From the NCBI GenBank assembly GCA_052386335.1, contig JBQTKH010000015.1, positions 3,383-67,382 on the forward strand: a DNA stretch of 64,000 bases, read 5' to 3'. The translations under genes and the position numbers were made by a program. Origin of the DNA: Microthrixaceae bacterium. Lineage in GTDB: Bacteria > Actinomycetota > Acidimicrobiia > Acidimicrobiales > VFJN01. Below are positions 1 to 10,997 of this stretch, piece by piece; within the stretch, counting starts at the first letter, position 1; each line of letters begins with the position of its first letter. Under the pieces are notes generated by a model. The model was given only the letters and a program-made list of their open reading frames with translations. It made no database searches and was not told where the DNA came from.

Positions 1-684
<684 letters not shown>

Positions 685-698
685 GCGGCGATCCCCCC

Positions 699-1652
699 GT
701 GCGCGCCGTCACGATCGTCGAGGGGTCGCTCGAGTGGCGCGAGCACCCCGACCCGGTGCCCGGTGTCGGCGAGGTGCTGGTCGAGGTGCAAGCGGCCGGG
801 CTCAACAGCGCCGACCGGCTGCAGGTGGCGGGCTTGTACCCGCCACCTCCCGGCTCGCCCGTCGACATCCCCGGCCTCGAGCTCGCGGGCGAGGTGATCG
901 GGCTCGGGCCCGGATCCACCAGGTTCGGCCTCGGCGACCGCGTCATGGCTGTCGTCGGCGGCGGTGGCCAGGCGGAGCTCGCCACCGTCCACGAGCGCCA
1001 CCTCCTTGCAGTGCCCGACGGCGTCGACTGGAGCGAGGCCGGCGGGTTTCCCGAGGCGTTCACGACGGCCCACGACGCGCTGTTCACGCAGTGCGGCCTG
1101 CAGATGGGCGAGATCGTGTGCGTGCACGGCGCCGCCGGTGGCGTCGGACTCGCGGCGCTTCAGCTCGCGGCCGCGGCTGGCGCCCGGGTGACGGCAACGG
1201 TGCGGAACGAGTCGCTGCGCGACGACGTGTTCGCCCTGATCTGCACCATCGGCCCCACCGAGGTGATCGCGCCCGATGACTTCGTCGGATCGGGGCCCTT
1301 CGACGTGGTGCTCGAGCTGATCGGCGCGCCGAACCTGCCCGACGACCTTCGGGAGCTCGCTCCCCGAGGGCGCATCGTCGTGATCGGCGTCGGGGCCGGA
1401 GCCAAGGCGGAGGTGAACCTGCTCGAGCTCATGGGGAAGCGGGCGCGGATCCACGGCTCGACGCTCCGAGCCCGGTCACTGGAGGACAAGGCCGACGCGG
1501 CCCGACGCGTCGAGCGCCACGTGCTCCCGCTGCTCGACTCGGGGGCCATCCAGGTGCCCGTCCATGCCACCTTCGCGATGGCCGACGCGGCCGCGGCCTA
1601 CGACCACTTCTCGGCCGGAGGCAAGCTCGGCAAGATCGTCCTGACCCGCTGA
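699..1652 (+). CDS. NADPH:quinone oxidoreductase / zinc-type alcohol dehydrogenase superfamily (MDR) protein
   Basis: In-frame GTG at 699 inside ORF 546..1652. The upstream part overlaps citrate synthase and is Arg/Pro-rich. VLVEVQAAGLNSADR and the Rossmann-like VHGAAGGVGLAALQLA are typical of Qor-like enzymes. Confidence 0.8.
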   Translation: MRAVTIVEGSLEWREHPDPVPGVGEVLVEVQAAGLNSADRLQVAGLYPPPPGSPVDIPGLELAGEVIGLGPGSTRFGLGDRVMAVVGGGGQAELATVHERHLLAVPDGVDWSEAGGFPEAFTTAHDALFTQCGLQMGEIVCVHGAAGGVGLAALQLAAAAGARVTATVRNESLRDDVFALICTIGPTEVIAPDDFVGSGPFDVVLELIGAPNLPDDLRELAPRGRIVVIGVGAGAKAEVNLLELMGKRARIHGSTLRARSLEDKADAARRVERHVLPLLDSGAIQVPVHATFAMADAAAAYDHFSAGGKLGKIVLTR

Positions 1653-1670
1653 CGCCGGTAGCGTCGGACG

Positions 1671-2783
1671 GTGGACTTCGACCTGTCGCCCGAGCTCCGC
1701 GCCCTGCGCGCCGAGGCGCTCGAGGTCGGGCGCGCAGCTGCGGCACGCTCCGCGCTCACGGAGGACACGTGGATCGCTGCTCCTGACCGAGCGTTCTCGC
1801 TGGAGCTCGCGGCGCGGGGCTGGTTGGGCATGACCTGGCCCGTCGAGGTAGGCGGTGGCGGTCGCACCCCTCTCGAGCGCTTCGTCGTCTACGAGGCCCT
1901 GCTGAGCACCGGCGCCCCGATGGCCACTTCCTGGTTCGCCGATCGTCAGATGGGCCCGACCCTTCTGCAGTTCGGCACCCCCGAGCAGCAGGCCACGCAC
2001 CTACCCGCCATCCTCGACGGCACCTCCGCCTGGAGCATCGGCATGTCCGAGCCCGACGCCGGGTCCGACGTCGCGTCGATCCGCACCCGCGCGGTCCGCG
2101 ACGGCGACGACTTCGTGGTGAACGGTCAGAAGATCTGGAACTCCGGGGCGCTGTCGGCCGACTGGATCTACCTCATCTGCCGGACCGACCCCGACGTGCC
2201 CGCGCACCAGGGCATGTCCGAGCTGATCGTCGACATGCGCTCCCCCGGCATCTCGATCACGCCGATCGAGGACATGACCGGCAGCAACCACTTCTGTGAG
2301 GTGTTCTTCGAGGACGTGCGCGTGCCCGCGACGAACCTCGTCGGTGAGCTCAACGGCAGCTTCCGCCAGGTGATGCGCCAGATGGAGCACGAGCGCGGCG
2401 GCCCTGACCGGCTTCTCTCCAACCGGAAGCTCTACGACGACTGCCTCGCGTTGGCCGACACGAGCAACCCGCTCGTCCGTCAGGAGATCGCCGCGATCGA
2501 GTCCGGCTACCGGGTCGGGCGCCTGCTCGTGCTGCGCGAGGTCATGGGCCAGGCGCCCAAGCAGTTCTCCGCCGCCACGAAGACCTTCTGCACCGAGCTC
2601 GAGCAGCGCATCGCCCAGTTCTGCGCCGCCACCGTCGGCCCGCTCGCCATGCTCGCCGACCCTGGGATCGGTGGACGAGTGTCCCGCAATGTCGCCTACG
2701 CCCCCGCATACACCATCATGGGGGGAACCTCTCAGATCCTGAGGAACATCCTCGGCGAACGTGTGCTCGGTCTCCCCCGCTGA
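1671..2783 (+). CDS. acyl-CoA dehydrogenase family protein
   Basis: 370-aa ORF with GMSEPDAGSD, NGQKIWNSGA and C-terminal IMGGTSQILRNILGERVLGLP, all typical ACAD motifs. Confidence 0.85.
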   Translation: MDFDLSPELRALRAEALEVGRAAAARSALTEDTWIAAPDRAFSLELAARGWLGMTWPVEVGGGGRTPLERFVVYEALLSTGAPMATSWFADRQMGPTLLQFGTPEQQATHLPAILDGTSAWSIGMSEPDAGSDVASIRTRAVRDGDDFVVNGQKIWNSGALSADWIYLICRTDPDVPAHQGMSELIVDMRSPGISITPIEDMTGSNHFCEVFFEDVRVPATNLVGELNGSFRQVMRQMEHERGGPDRLLSNRKLYDDCLALADTSNPLVRQEIAAIESGYRVGRLLVLREVMGQAPKQFSAATKTFCTELEQRIAQFCAATVGPLAMLADPGIGGRVSRNVAYAPAYTIMGGTSQILRNILGERVLGLPR

Positions 2784-2826
2784 CCGACCCTCTGCCGCCG
2801 CTGTCGATAAGTTGCACGAACCCACC

Positions 2827-3939
2827 ATGCTTCGCGAAAGGACCACGACCGTGAGACGCCGGCTTCGCAGCCCCGCAGGGCGTGCCCTGCTCGCCATGGC
2901 CACCGCGGCGCTGGCCGCCGGGCTGTTCATGGGCGGCGCCCAAGCGGGGCCAGGCGACGGCATCTCCGCCTCCGGCGCGACGGTCGACAAGTGGGGATGG
3001 TGGCACTCGCAGAACCACGCCACTGCAGGCCCGACGGGCAACATCACGATCCCGCCGCCCCCAGGCGTACCCGCAGGCACACTGGCCGTGGGCGCCCTCA
3101 ACGGTGAGCCCGACCGCATCGCCGCCATCGGGATCCTGCCTGACGCGGCTCCCGGCGACGAGATCTCCTCCTTCACGCTGACCATCAAGGAGGCAGCCGC
3201 CCCTGCAGCGGGCTTCAACGGTGAGGCAGCGAAGATCGTCGCTTGTCCGATCACGGAGTTCTGGGTGGGCCAGGAGAACGGTGTGTGGGAGAACCGACCG
3301 AAGTTCGATTGCTCGGTCGCCTCCGCCAGGGGCGAGCGCGCACTTGACGGCACCTGGAGCTTCGACCTCCTCGCCATCGGCCAGGCTTGGGTCGACCCCA
3401 ACGGCACCCTCGTGGCGGACGGCGTGGTGCTGGTCGAGGACGTCGAGGATCCCGACGGGTTCCAGACGGTGTTCGCCACCAGCGGCGACGGCGCAATCGT
3501 CGTCACGCTCGCCTATCAGCCCGCTGATGGCACCACCACAACCGAACCCGAGGTCACCGACGGCGGCTTCACGGACGCCGGCTTCACCGATACGGGCTCC
3601 GACGGGTTCAGCGGCCCATCGTTCGGCGGGGGCGGTGTCTCGACGGGCGACCTCCCGCCGGTCAGCTCCCCACCGCCCGGCGAGACACCGCAGAACGCGC
3701 CTCCCGCGGCTCCTCGCCCAATCGCCATCAGCAAGCCCAACGTGCTCGGCAACTTCCCCGGCGGGCTCGCGCTCGCCGTCCCCTTGTTCGTGGTGCTGCT
3801 CGGCCTGCTCACCTATTCCCTCGGCCCAGCGGGCGAGCCCGCCGCGGCCACGCGCCAGCGCGGGGTGAGCCGGGCACTTGCTGCCCGGGCCAGCGTCGGC
3901 AGCACCCACCGACCCCCCAGCTCCCTGGAGACCTCGTGA
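2827..3939 (+). CDS. secreted, C-terminally membrane-anchored hypothetical protein
   Basis: Internal ATG at 2827 gives a signal-peptide-like N-terminus (RRRLRSPAGRALLAMATAALAAGLFMGGAQA). There is an acidic/Gly linker (TDGGFTDAGFTDTGSDGFSG) and a C-terminal TM helix (LALAVPLFVVLLGLLTY). The stop overlaps the start of the downstream substrate-binding-protein gene. Confidence 0.55.
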   Translation: MLRERTTTVRRRLRSPAGRALLAMATAALAAGLFMGGAQAGPGDGISASGATVDKWGWWHSQNHATAGPTGNITIPPPPGVPAGTLAVGALNGEPDRIAAIGILPDAAPGDEISSFTLTIKEAAAPAAGFNGEAAKIVACPITEFWVGQENGVWENRPKFDCSVASARGERALDGTWSFDLLAIGQAWVDPNGTLVADGVVLVEDVEDPDGFQTVFATSGDGAIVVTLAYQPADGTTTTEPEVTDGGFTDAGFTDTGSDGFSGPSFGGGGVSTGDLPPVSSPPPGETPQNAPPAAPRPIAISKPNVLGNFPGGLALAVPLFVVLLGLLTYSLGPAGEPAAATRQRGVSRALAARASVGSTHRPPSSLETS

Positions 3940-5357
3940 TGCACCGCACCCGTTCTCGATCCGTCGCGCTCTTCATGGCACTGCTCCTCCTGGCGGCCGC
4001 GTGCGGCCAGAAGCCCAACGTGGCCCAGGTGGCGGCGGGTGGCGCGGGCGCGGGGGCCATCGACCCCGAGACCGGTGAAGTGATCGATCCGCTCACCGGT
4101 GAGGTGATCGGCGGGGGCGCTGAGGCAAGCGACGGCACGACGGGAGGAACCACCGGAGGAACAACCGGGGGCGCCACCGGCGCTGCAACGGGCGGTACGA
4201 CCGGAGGTGCCGCTGGCGCTGCTGCAGGCGGCACCACCGGCGGGGCGGCCGGCGATCGCACCGGCATCACCGACACCGAGATCCGGATCGGCATCCACGC
4301 TCCGGTCACCGGCGCGGCACCGATCGCGCAGAGCAGCTTCGAGGAGGGCAAGGACATCTACTGGAACACACCTGGGGGCAAGGTGTTCGGTCGCACCGTG
4401 AAGGTGTTCTTCCACGATGACAAGTTCGAGCCTGGCACCGCTGTGCAGGAGTGCAAGAAGATGGTCGAGCAGGAGAAGGTGTTCCTCATCATCGGCGGCG
4501 GCGGCGCCGACCAGATCACGGCCTGCGCAAAGTACGCCCAGGGCAAGGGCGTTCCGTACCTGTCGGCGGGAGTGAACGAGGAGGGACTGGCGAGCCTGCG
4601 CTCGTACTTCGCGCTGTCCACCACCTACGCCCAGCAGTCCCCGATGCTCACCCAGCTCGTGCAGAAGCGCTTTCCCGGCAAGAAGGTCGGCATCGCGGTC
4701 GCCGACTCGGGCTCCTTCAACGACGCCTACGCCAGCATCAAGAAGTCGTTCACGGACGCCGGATTCGAGATCGTCTACGACCAACGGATCGCCAAGAGCG
4801 CCAGCGCCAACGACGGCCGCACGATCGCGAGCAACATGGCCGACAGCGGGGCCGAGGTCATCTACTTCCTCTCCAGCCCGACCACGTTCCTCTACACGGC
4901 CGCCGGACTCCCGGTCACCTACAACCCGCAGTTCATCGGCCCGGGCATCACGAGCGGCCTGGCCACGGTCGCGACGATCGGTTGCCAAGGCCGAGGCGGC
5001 GTCGACAAGGCCATCTTCCTCAGCCCGTTCCCGCAGCTCGACGTGATCAATCAGATCGACCCCGGGTACCAGCAGGCCTACCAGTCGCAGAAGGGCAAGC
5101 AGGGGGACGACCTCGGCTTGGCCCTGTGGGGCCTCAGCAAGCAGCTCAAGACCATGTTCGACGCAGCGGGCAAGGACATGAGCCGCCAGAGCTTCGTGAC
5201 CACCATCGAGGGGGGCCAGAGCTTCGCTGGCGGGGTGTACCCGCCGGTGAAGTACTCCCCACGAAGCCACTTCGGCGGCGCCCAGGTCCACGTCCTCCAA
5301 GCGGACTGCGCCACCCAGAAGTTCAAGACCACCGCCACCTTCGTCAGCGGCTTCTAG
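3936..5357 (+). CDS. Liv-type (branched-chain amino acid family) ABC transporter substrate-binding lipoprotein
   Basis: Lipobox LLLLAAAC near the N-terminus, a Gly/Thr-rich linker, then a periplasmic-binding-protein-like body (IRIGIHAPVTGAAP, FLIIGGGGADQ). It sits directly upstream of livHMGF-like genes. Confidence 0.8.
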   Translation: MMHRTRSRSVALFMALLLLAAACGQKPNVAQVAAGGAGAGAIDPETGEVIDPLTGEVIGGGAEASDGTTGGTTGGTTGGATGAATGGTTGGAAGAAAGGTTGGAAGDRTGITDTEIRIGIHAPVTGAAPIAQSSFEEGKDIYWNTPGGKVFGRTVKVFFHDDKFEPGTAVQECKKMVEQEKVFLIIGGGGADQITACAKYAQGKGVPYLSAGVNEEGLASLRSYFALSTTYAQQSPMLTQLVQKRFPGKKVGIAVADSGSFNDAYASIKKSFTDAGFEIVYDQRIAKSASANDGRTIASNMADSGAEVIYFLSSPTTFLYTAAGLPVTYNPQFIGPGITSGLATVATIGCQGRGGVDKAIFLSPFPQLDVINQIDPGYQQAYQSQKGKQGDDLGLALWGLSKQLKTMFDAAGKDMSRQSFVTTIEGGQSFAGGVYPPVKYSPRSHFGGAQVHVLQADCATQKFKTTATFVSGF

Positions 5358-5361
5358 TCCG

Positions 5362-6267
5362 ATGCTCCTCGCCATCGAGCTCAGCGATCTGAGCCGCGTC
5401 CTCGTCCTCGGTGTCATCAACGGGGCGATCTACAGCCTCGTCGCGATCGGGCTCGTGCTCGTCTACAAGGCGAGCGGCGTGTTCAACTTCGCCCAGGGCG
5501 AGTTCGGCACGATGGCGATCTACGGCGCGTACATCGCGTTCTCGATCTTCCACTTGCCCTATGGCCTCGGGCTGATCGTGGGCCTGGCCACGGCAGTTGG
5601 GATGGGGCTCCTCACCGAACGTCTCGTGATCCGACCGCTCTTCGACGCCCCGCGCGTCACGCTCCTCGTGGCCACCGCTGGGGTGGCGCTGCTGACCCTC
5701 GGCATCCAGTTCTGGAGAACGCAGGACAACCCACTGCGATTCTTCGACAGCATCATCAGCAGCCCCGGCAGTCTGAACCGCGTCACCCCGTTCGGCGTCG
5801 ACGTGTCCGACCAGCACCTGATCACCTTGGCGGTGCTCGCGATCGCTGCGGCGCTCCTGTTCCTCTTCTTTCGCTCACCGCTCGGGCTCGCCGTCCTCGC
5901 CGCCAGCCAAGAGCCGGTGGCGTCCGAGCTGGTCGGCGTGAGCGTGCGCCGCATCTCGACCATCACCTGGGGGCTCGCCTCACTGCTCGGGGGAGCGGCT
6001 GGCCTGCTCTATGTGGGAGGCAACCAGTTCAGTCCCGGGCTGATGACGACCGCTGTCCTCATCCCAGGCTTCACCGCTGCGATCGTGGGTGGTATCTCGA
6101 GCCTCCAGGGGGCGGCCGCCGGAGGGATCCTCGTCGGTGTGCTGCAGGCACTAGGCAGCCTCAGCACGTTCGACTCGATCAAGGGCGCCTCGTTCGTCTC
6201 CGTGTTCCTCGTGTTGCTGGCCGTGCTGCTCATCCGGCCCCAGGGTCTGTTCGCGGGGCGCACCTGA
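5362..6267 (+). CDS. livH: branched-chain amino acid ABC transporter permease (LivH-like)
   Basis: 301-aa polytopic membrane ORF. The N-terminus (GVINGAIYSLVAIGLVLVYKASGVFNFAQGEF) is typical of the LivH family. Operon context supports the call. Confidence 0.85.
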   Translation: MLLAIELSDLSRVLVLGVINGAIYSLVAIGLVLVYKASGVFNFAQGEFGTMAIYGAYIAFSIFHLPYGLGLIVGLATAVGMGLLTERLVIRPLFDAPRVTLLVATAGVALLTLGIQFWRTQDNPLRFFDSIISSPGSLNRVTPFGVDVSDQHLITLAVLAIAAALLFLFFRSPLGLAVLAASQEPVASELVGVSVRRISTITWGLASLLGGAAGLLYVGGNQFSPGLMTTAVLIPGFTAAIVGGISSLQGAAAGGILVGVLQALGSLSTFDSIKGASFVSVFLVLLAVLLIRPQGLFAGRT

Positions 6268-7430
6268 TGACCATCGACGAAGACGAGCTCTACGCGCTTC
6301 CCGATGAGGTCCAGGCCAGAGCCGACGCGGCCGCGGCGGCAGCCACTGCCGTTGCCGCCGCGCCCCCCCGACTCACCACCGCCGGCCGCGCCGGGCGCAT
6401 CGCGGTGGGGTCACTCCTCTTCTGGGGCGTGTTCCTCTACCCCACCAACATCCTGTCGCCGTTCACGGTGGGCGGCGTCGAGGCCAACGCCGCGAGCGAA
6501 GCTGTCATCTTCGCGGTGATCGGGCTCTCGCTGAACGTGCTCATCGGCTACGTGGGCACGATCTCGCTCGGTCACCAGGCCTTCGTCGGCATCGGGGCCT
6601 TCACCTCGGCCTACGTCGTCACCGAGATGGGCCAGGAGTTCTGGATTGCCGCCCTTGTCGCCGCGCTCGTGGGCGCCGCCCAGGCTGCGCTGCTGGGTGC
6701 GGTGTCGTTGCGCGTCACTGGGCTCTACTTCGCGCTCATCACCTTGAGCTACGGGATCATGACGCAGGAGAGCATCTTCCAGGTCGAGTCCCTCACGGGC
6801 GGGACCGCCGGCCAGGACGCACCGCGACCTGTCGGCTTCGAGAGCGACTTCCGGTACTACTACCTCTGCCTGCTGGTGCTCAGCCTGGTGGTCTTCCTCG
6901 ACTGGCGCCTGATCGCGAGCAAGGGCGGGCGGGCGCTCCTCGCCCTTCGGGAGAACCCGCGTGTCGCGGCCACCTGGGGCATCAACGTCAAGGCCTACAC
7001 GGTGCTCGCCTTTGCGGTGTCGGGCCTGTTCGCCGGCCTGGGCGGATCGCTCCTGGCCCACCGCAACACGAGCGTCGTCGCCAACCCGTTCGACTTCCGG
7101 CTCGCGCTCGTCTTCATCATGATGACCGTCATCGGCGGGTTGAGGAACCGAGCCGGCGTCATCGTCGGCTCCGCCTTCTTCGCGCTGCTTCGAAATGGTG
7201 AGCTCCTCGAGATCCTCCACGTTCAGAACCTCTTCGAGACCAAGCCGATCAGTCTCACCGCCGAGGTCCTCCCACTCGTGCTCGGACCGCTCCTGCTCCT
7301 CGTCACCATCACCCTGTTCCCCGGCGGGTTCGGCCAAGTGACCGACGCGCTCGGTCGGTGGCTGCGAGGCGGCCCCTTCCGGTTCGTGAAGGCCGACAAG
7401 GAGGTGCAGAACACCGATGTCCGCGCCTGA
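6267..7430 (+). CDS. livM: branched-chain amino acid ABC transporter permease (LivM-like)
   Basis: 387-aa membrane ORF with NVLIGYVGTISLGHQAFVGIGAF, typical of LivM. The start abuts the livH stop. Confidence 0.85.
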   Translation: MTIDEDELYALPDEVQARADAAAAAATAVAAAPPRLTTAGRAGRIAVGSLLFWGVFLYPTNILSPFTVGGVEANAASEAVIFAVIGLSLNVLIGYVGTISLGHQAFVGIGAFTSAYVVTEMGQEFWIAALVAALVGAAQAALLGAVSLRVTGLYFALITLSYGIMTQESIFQVESLTGGTAGQDAPRPVGFESDFRYYYLCLLVLSLVVFLDWRLIASKGGRALLALRENPRVAATWGINVKAYTVLAFAVSGLFAGLGGSLLAHRNTSVVANPFDFRLALVFIMMTVIGGLRNRAGVIVGSAFFALLRNGELLEILHVQNLFETKPISLTAEVLPLVLGPLLLLVTITLFPGGFGQVTDALGRWLRGGPFRFVKADKEVQNTDVRA

Positions 7431-8240
7431 CACCTTGTCGGCTGGAGCCGCCGACGACGCCCGTGTGACGCTCCTCGAGACCGACGACGTCTCCATCCGC
7501 TTTGGCGGCGTCCAAGCGCTCCGCGATGTGAACCTCCGCATCGACGAGTGGGAGATCGTCGGGATCATCGGTCCGAACGGCGCGGGCAAGACCACGCTGT
7601 TCAACTGCATCACCGGCTTCTACGCCCCCACCTCCGGGCGGGTCCGCTACCGGGGCCAGGACGTCACCGACCTCCCCGTCCACAAGCGCACCAACCTCGG
7701 CATGGGCCGCACGTTCCAGAACGTCGGCCTCGTCAAGGGCTCGACGGCCGGCGAGAACCTGAAGACCGCGCAGCATCTCGAGGTCGACTACGACCCGCTC
7801 GCCGGCATCTTCGGCACGCCGCGCACCTTCGAGGTGGAGAAGCACATCACCGAGCGGGCCCGCGCCATCCTCGACCTGATGGGCCTCGCCCACCTCGAGA
7901 ACACACGGGTGCAGGGCCTGCCCTACGGCATCCTCAAGCGCCTCGAGCTCGCCGCTGTGCTGGCCACCGACCCCGACATCCTCCTGCTCGACGAGCCCGG
8001 TTCCGGCATGGGTCCGGAGGAGGCCGAAGACCTTGGCGACCTGCTGCTCAAGCTGCGTGAGGAGTTCGAGCTGACGATCGTCATGATCGACCACCACGTC
8101 CCGCTCGTGACCCGCATCTCGGACTACATGTACTGCCTCAACTTCGGCGAGGTCCTGGCAGAGGGCTTGCCCGACGACGTGCGCCGCCACCCCGAGGTCG
8201 TGCGGGCCTACCTCGGCGACGACCCCGACGAGGTGTTCTG

Positions 8241-8241
<1 letters not shown>
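7417..8241 (+). CDS. livG: ABC transporter ATP-binding protein (LivG-like)
   Basis: Walker A GPNGAGKTT, Walker B ILLLDEPGSGM and the C-terminal LivG-type extension (EVVRAYLG). Confidence 0.9.
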
Positions 8242-8945
<704 letters not shown>

Positions 8946-8946
8946 G

Positions 8947-9420
8947 ATGGACAACCAAACCCCCACCACCGAAACGTCTGCGGCCAAGGTCGTCTGGAGT
9001 CGCCTCGGCGGCCAGCTGGGCGTGGGCCTGTGCGCGATCGGGTTCTTGCTCGTGTTCCTCGGCTGGAACGGCGCCGCCAGCGTCGATCGCGTGCCGAGCC
9101 AGTTCCCGTACCTGCTCTCCGGGGGCGTGGCCGGGCTCTGCTTCGTCGTCCTCGGCGTGGGCATGCTCGTCGTCCAGAACCAGCGCGTCGACCGAGCCGC
9201 CCTGCAGTCCACCCTGCGCGAGCTGCAGGAGGCCCTCGAACGGGCCGGGCTGGCCGAGGGCACCGGCGAGGCCCGCAAGCCCTTTGCCAAGCCCCTTCCC
9301 CGTCCAGCGGTCACCTCTGCTCGAGCCGAGGACGACGACCTCACCCAGGAGTCGCCGCTGCCGGAGCTCGAGCCAGACGACTCGCCGACCTCGCGTCGTC
9401 GCAAGCCACTGCGCGCCTGA
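8947..9420 (+). CDS. small two-TM membrane protein, hypothetical
   Basis: 157-aa ORF starting 2 nt after the livF stop. It has two hydrophobic helices followed by a charged, coiled-coil-like tail. No family recognised. Confidence 0.5.
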   Translation: MDNQTPTTETSAAKVVWSRLGGQLGVGLCAIGFLLVFLGWNGAASVDRVPSQFPYLLSGGVAGLCFVVLGVGMLVVQNQRVDRAALQSTLRELQEALERAGLAEGTGEARKPFAKPLPRPAVTSARAEDDDLTQESPLPELEPDDSPTSRRRKPLRA

Positions 9421-9437
9421 TCAGGCGCGGCCGCGCG

Positions 9438-9725
9438 CTACGGCGGGGACGAGCCCGCCCGACGGGCCTGACGCACGACGTGCACCACGCCACCGCTCAG
9501 CGCGATCACGACGACCCCGAGCACGAGCAGCTGCAGCGCGCCGCCACGGTCACCCGCCTCGGTCGGGGCTTCACCCGAGTCGGGTCTCGGGATGATGTCG
9601 GGCGCGGGAACGCCCGTCGTCGAGGGCGCGTCCTGGATCAGCGCAGCCTCGACGGGAGCAGCCGACCCCACCAAGGTGAGCACGAGCAGCAGCACGACCA
9701 CCGCCAGACGCCGCCGGGTCGACAT
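9438..9725 (-). CDS. small secreted/anchored hypothetical protein
   Basis: Internal ATG of ORF 9438..9938 gives MSTRRRLAVVVLLLVLTLVGSAAPVEA (signal-like) and a C-terminal TM helix (LLVLGVVVIALSGGVV). The upstream part of the ORF overlaps the neighbouring gene. Confidence 0.4.
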   Translation of the reverse strand: MSTRRRLAVVVLLLVLTLVGSAAPVEAALIQDAPSTTGVPAPDIIPRPDSGEAPTEAGDRGGALQLLVLGVVVIALSGGVVHVVRQARRAGSSPP

Positions 9726-9735
9726 CGACGCCCTG

Positions 9736-10197
9736 CTACCGCGACCGGCGCCGGCGCCCAGCGACTGAGGCGGGAGCGGGCACATCGGCGGCGTCGATCG
9801 TGCGGGTGCCATCCATGTCCCAGAGCCACCGCCCGCCCTCGTTGCGCAGCCGACCCAGGGCCACGCCTGGAAGCGCCCGGTCCGTGAAGACCACCACGTC
9901 GTGACCCGCCGCCAACGCGCGGTGGGCGGCTCGCTCAAGAAAGCCGAGCGTGCCGTCGAGCGCGCCCGCAGGGGCGCACACGATCGCCTGGGCGATGATG
10001 TCGCCCTCGAAGGCCGCCTGTTCGGGCCCCGCCAGATCCCACTTCAGCGACGGGTCGGCGAGGACGGCCACGAGCGCGTCAGGATGCTGGCGGTAGAGGT
10101 GGACGAGGGCTTGGTGAAGCTGCGAGAGGGACAACGTGGCGCGCCGATACCCGGCAACCATGCCAGCGTCGACGAGGACGAGGGTCGTGGGAGCCAT
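9736..10197 (-). CDS. hypothetical protein, possibly a NYN/PIN-like fold
   Basis: 153-aa ORF with normal amino-acid composition. The N-terminal LVLVDAGMVAG and later VVVFTDR resemble NYN-type nuclease strands. This is a weak, unverified resemblance. Confidence 0.45.
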   Translation of the reverse strand: MAPTTLVLVDAGMVAGYRRATLSLSQLHQALVHLYRQHPDALVAVLADPSLKWDLAGPEQAAFEGDIIAQAIVCAPAGALDGTLGFLERAAHRALAAGHDVVVFTDRALPGVALGRLRNEGGRWLWDMDGTRTIDAADVPAPASVAGRRRRSR

Positions 10198-10345
10198 GGC
10201 GCGTCGACGCTAGTTCCCGTGCGCGCTCCCATCTGGGAGCAGCACCGGACGGAGCTCGGCTCCCGACAAGGACAGGGACCTTGGTCCCATCGGCGAGGGT
10301 CGGGTGGCCCTGCCCGGATGGGTCTCCGCCGCGGAGGATCACCCC

Positions 10346-10996
10346 ATGGCTCGACACCTGGACGTCCTGGCTCTGGAGAACCGACGCGGCGATGCCCGAG
10401 TGGCCATCTCCGAGCTCGAGGCACGCGGGCACCGCGTGCAGCGGTGCCACGAGGACGGCGAGGCGCCGTTCCCCTGTCGCGGGGTGGTCGACCCGAACGA
10501 TTGCCCCCTGGAGGGACCGATCGATGTGGCCCTCGTGGTGCGGCACCACATCCGCCCCCACCCGTCGGACGACGAGTCCGGCGTCGCGTGTGCGATCCGG
10601 GCGGGCGTTCCCGTCGTCGAGCAGGGTTCCAGCATCCTCGACCCCTTCGATGCCTGGATCACGGCGCGGGTCGACGACCTGTCGGTGGCCGACACGTGCG
10701 AGCAGGCCGTGACCCTGTCCCACGAGCCGCTCATCGCCGACATCCGGCGGCGCTGCACACCGCTGCTCGACGCCGCCGGCATCGACCCATCCAAGGTTGC
10801 CTGTGCGATCGAGCTCGATTGGCCCCAGCTGCGAGTCCGGATCGCCCTTCCTGCACCGGTTTCCAGCGGGATGCGCGACTCCATGGCCGTTCGGGCCTTG
10901 GATGCGGTGCGGGCCGGTCGACGCTCGTACGAGAAGGTCAACGTTCAGGTCCGCGAGGTGGAGCCCGACGATGCCCCGGACATGCGGAGCTGCTGA
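10346..10996 (+). CDS. hypothetical protein
   Basis: ATG at 10346 within ORF 10304..10996. Coding-like composition, no family recognised. Its stop lies 1 nt before the start of the Bpa-like gene. Confidence 0.5.
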   Translation: MARHLDVLALENRRGDARVAISELEARGHRVQRCHEDGEAPFPCRGVVDPNDCPLEGPIDVALVVRHHIRPHPSDDESGVACAIRAGVPVVEQGSSILDPFDAWITARVDDLSVADTCEQAVTLSHEPLIADIRRRCTPLLDAAGIDPSKVACAIELDWPQLRVRIALPAPVSSGMRDSMAVRALDAVRAGRRSYEKVNVQVREVEPDDAPDMRSC

Positions 10997-10997
10997 G

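Noticed and set aside
2001-3506. Long overlapping or antisense ORFs in the six-frame track. Examples: 2001..3506(-), 3813..5420(-), 6411..7613(-), 12200..13603(+), 19167..21425(+), 53439..55397(+), 56179..58359(-).
   Set aside because: Their translations are Arg/Pro/Ala/Gly-rich with no recognisable motifs. They lie opposite or out of frame to ORFs with clear family signatures. This is typical of stop-codon-poor off-frames in high-GC DNA.
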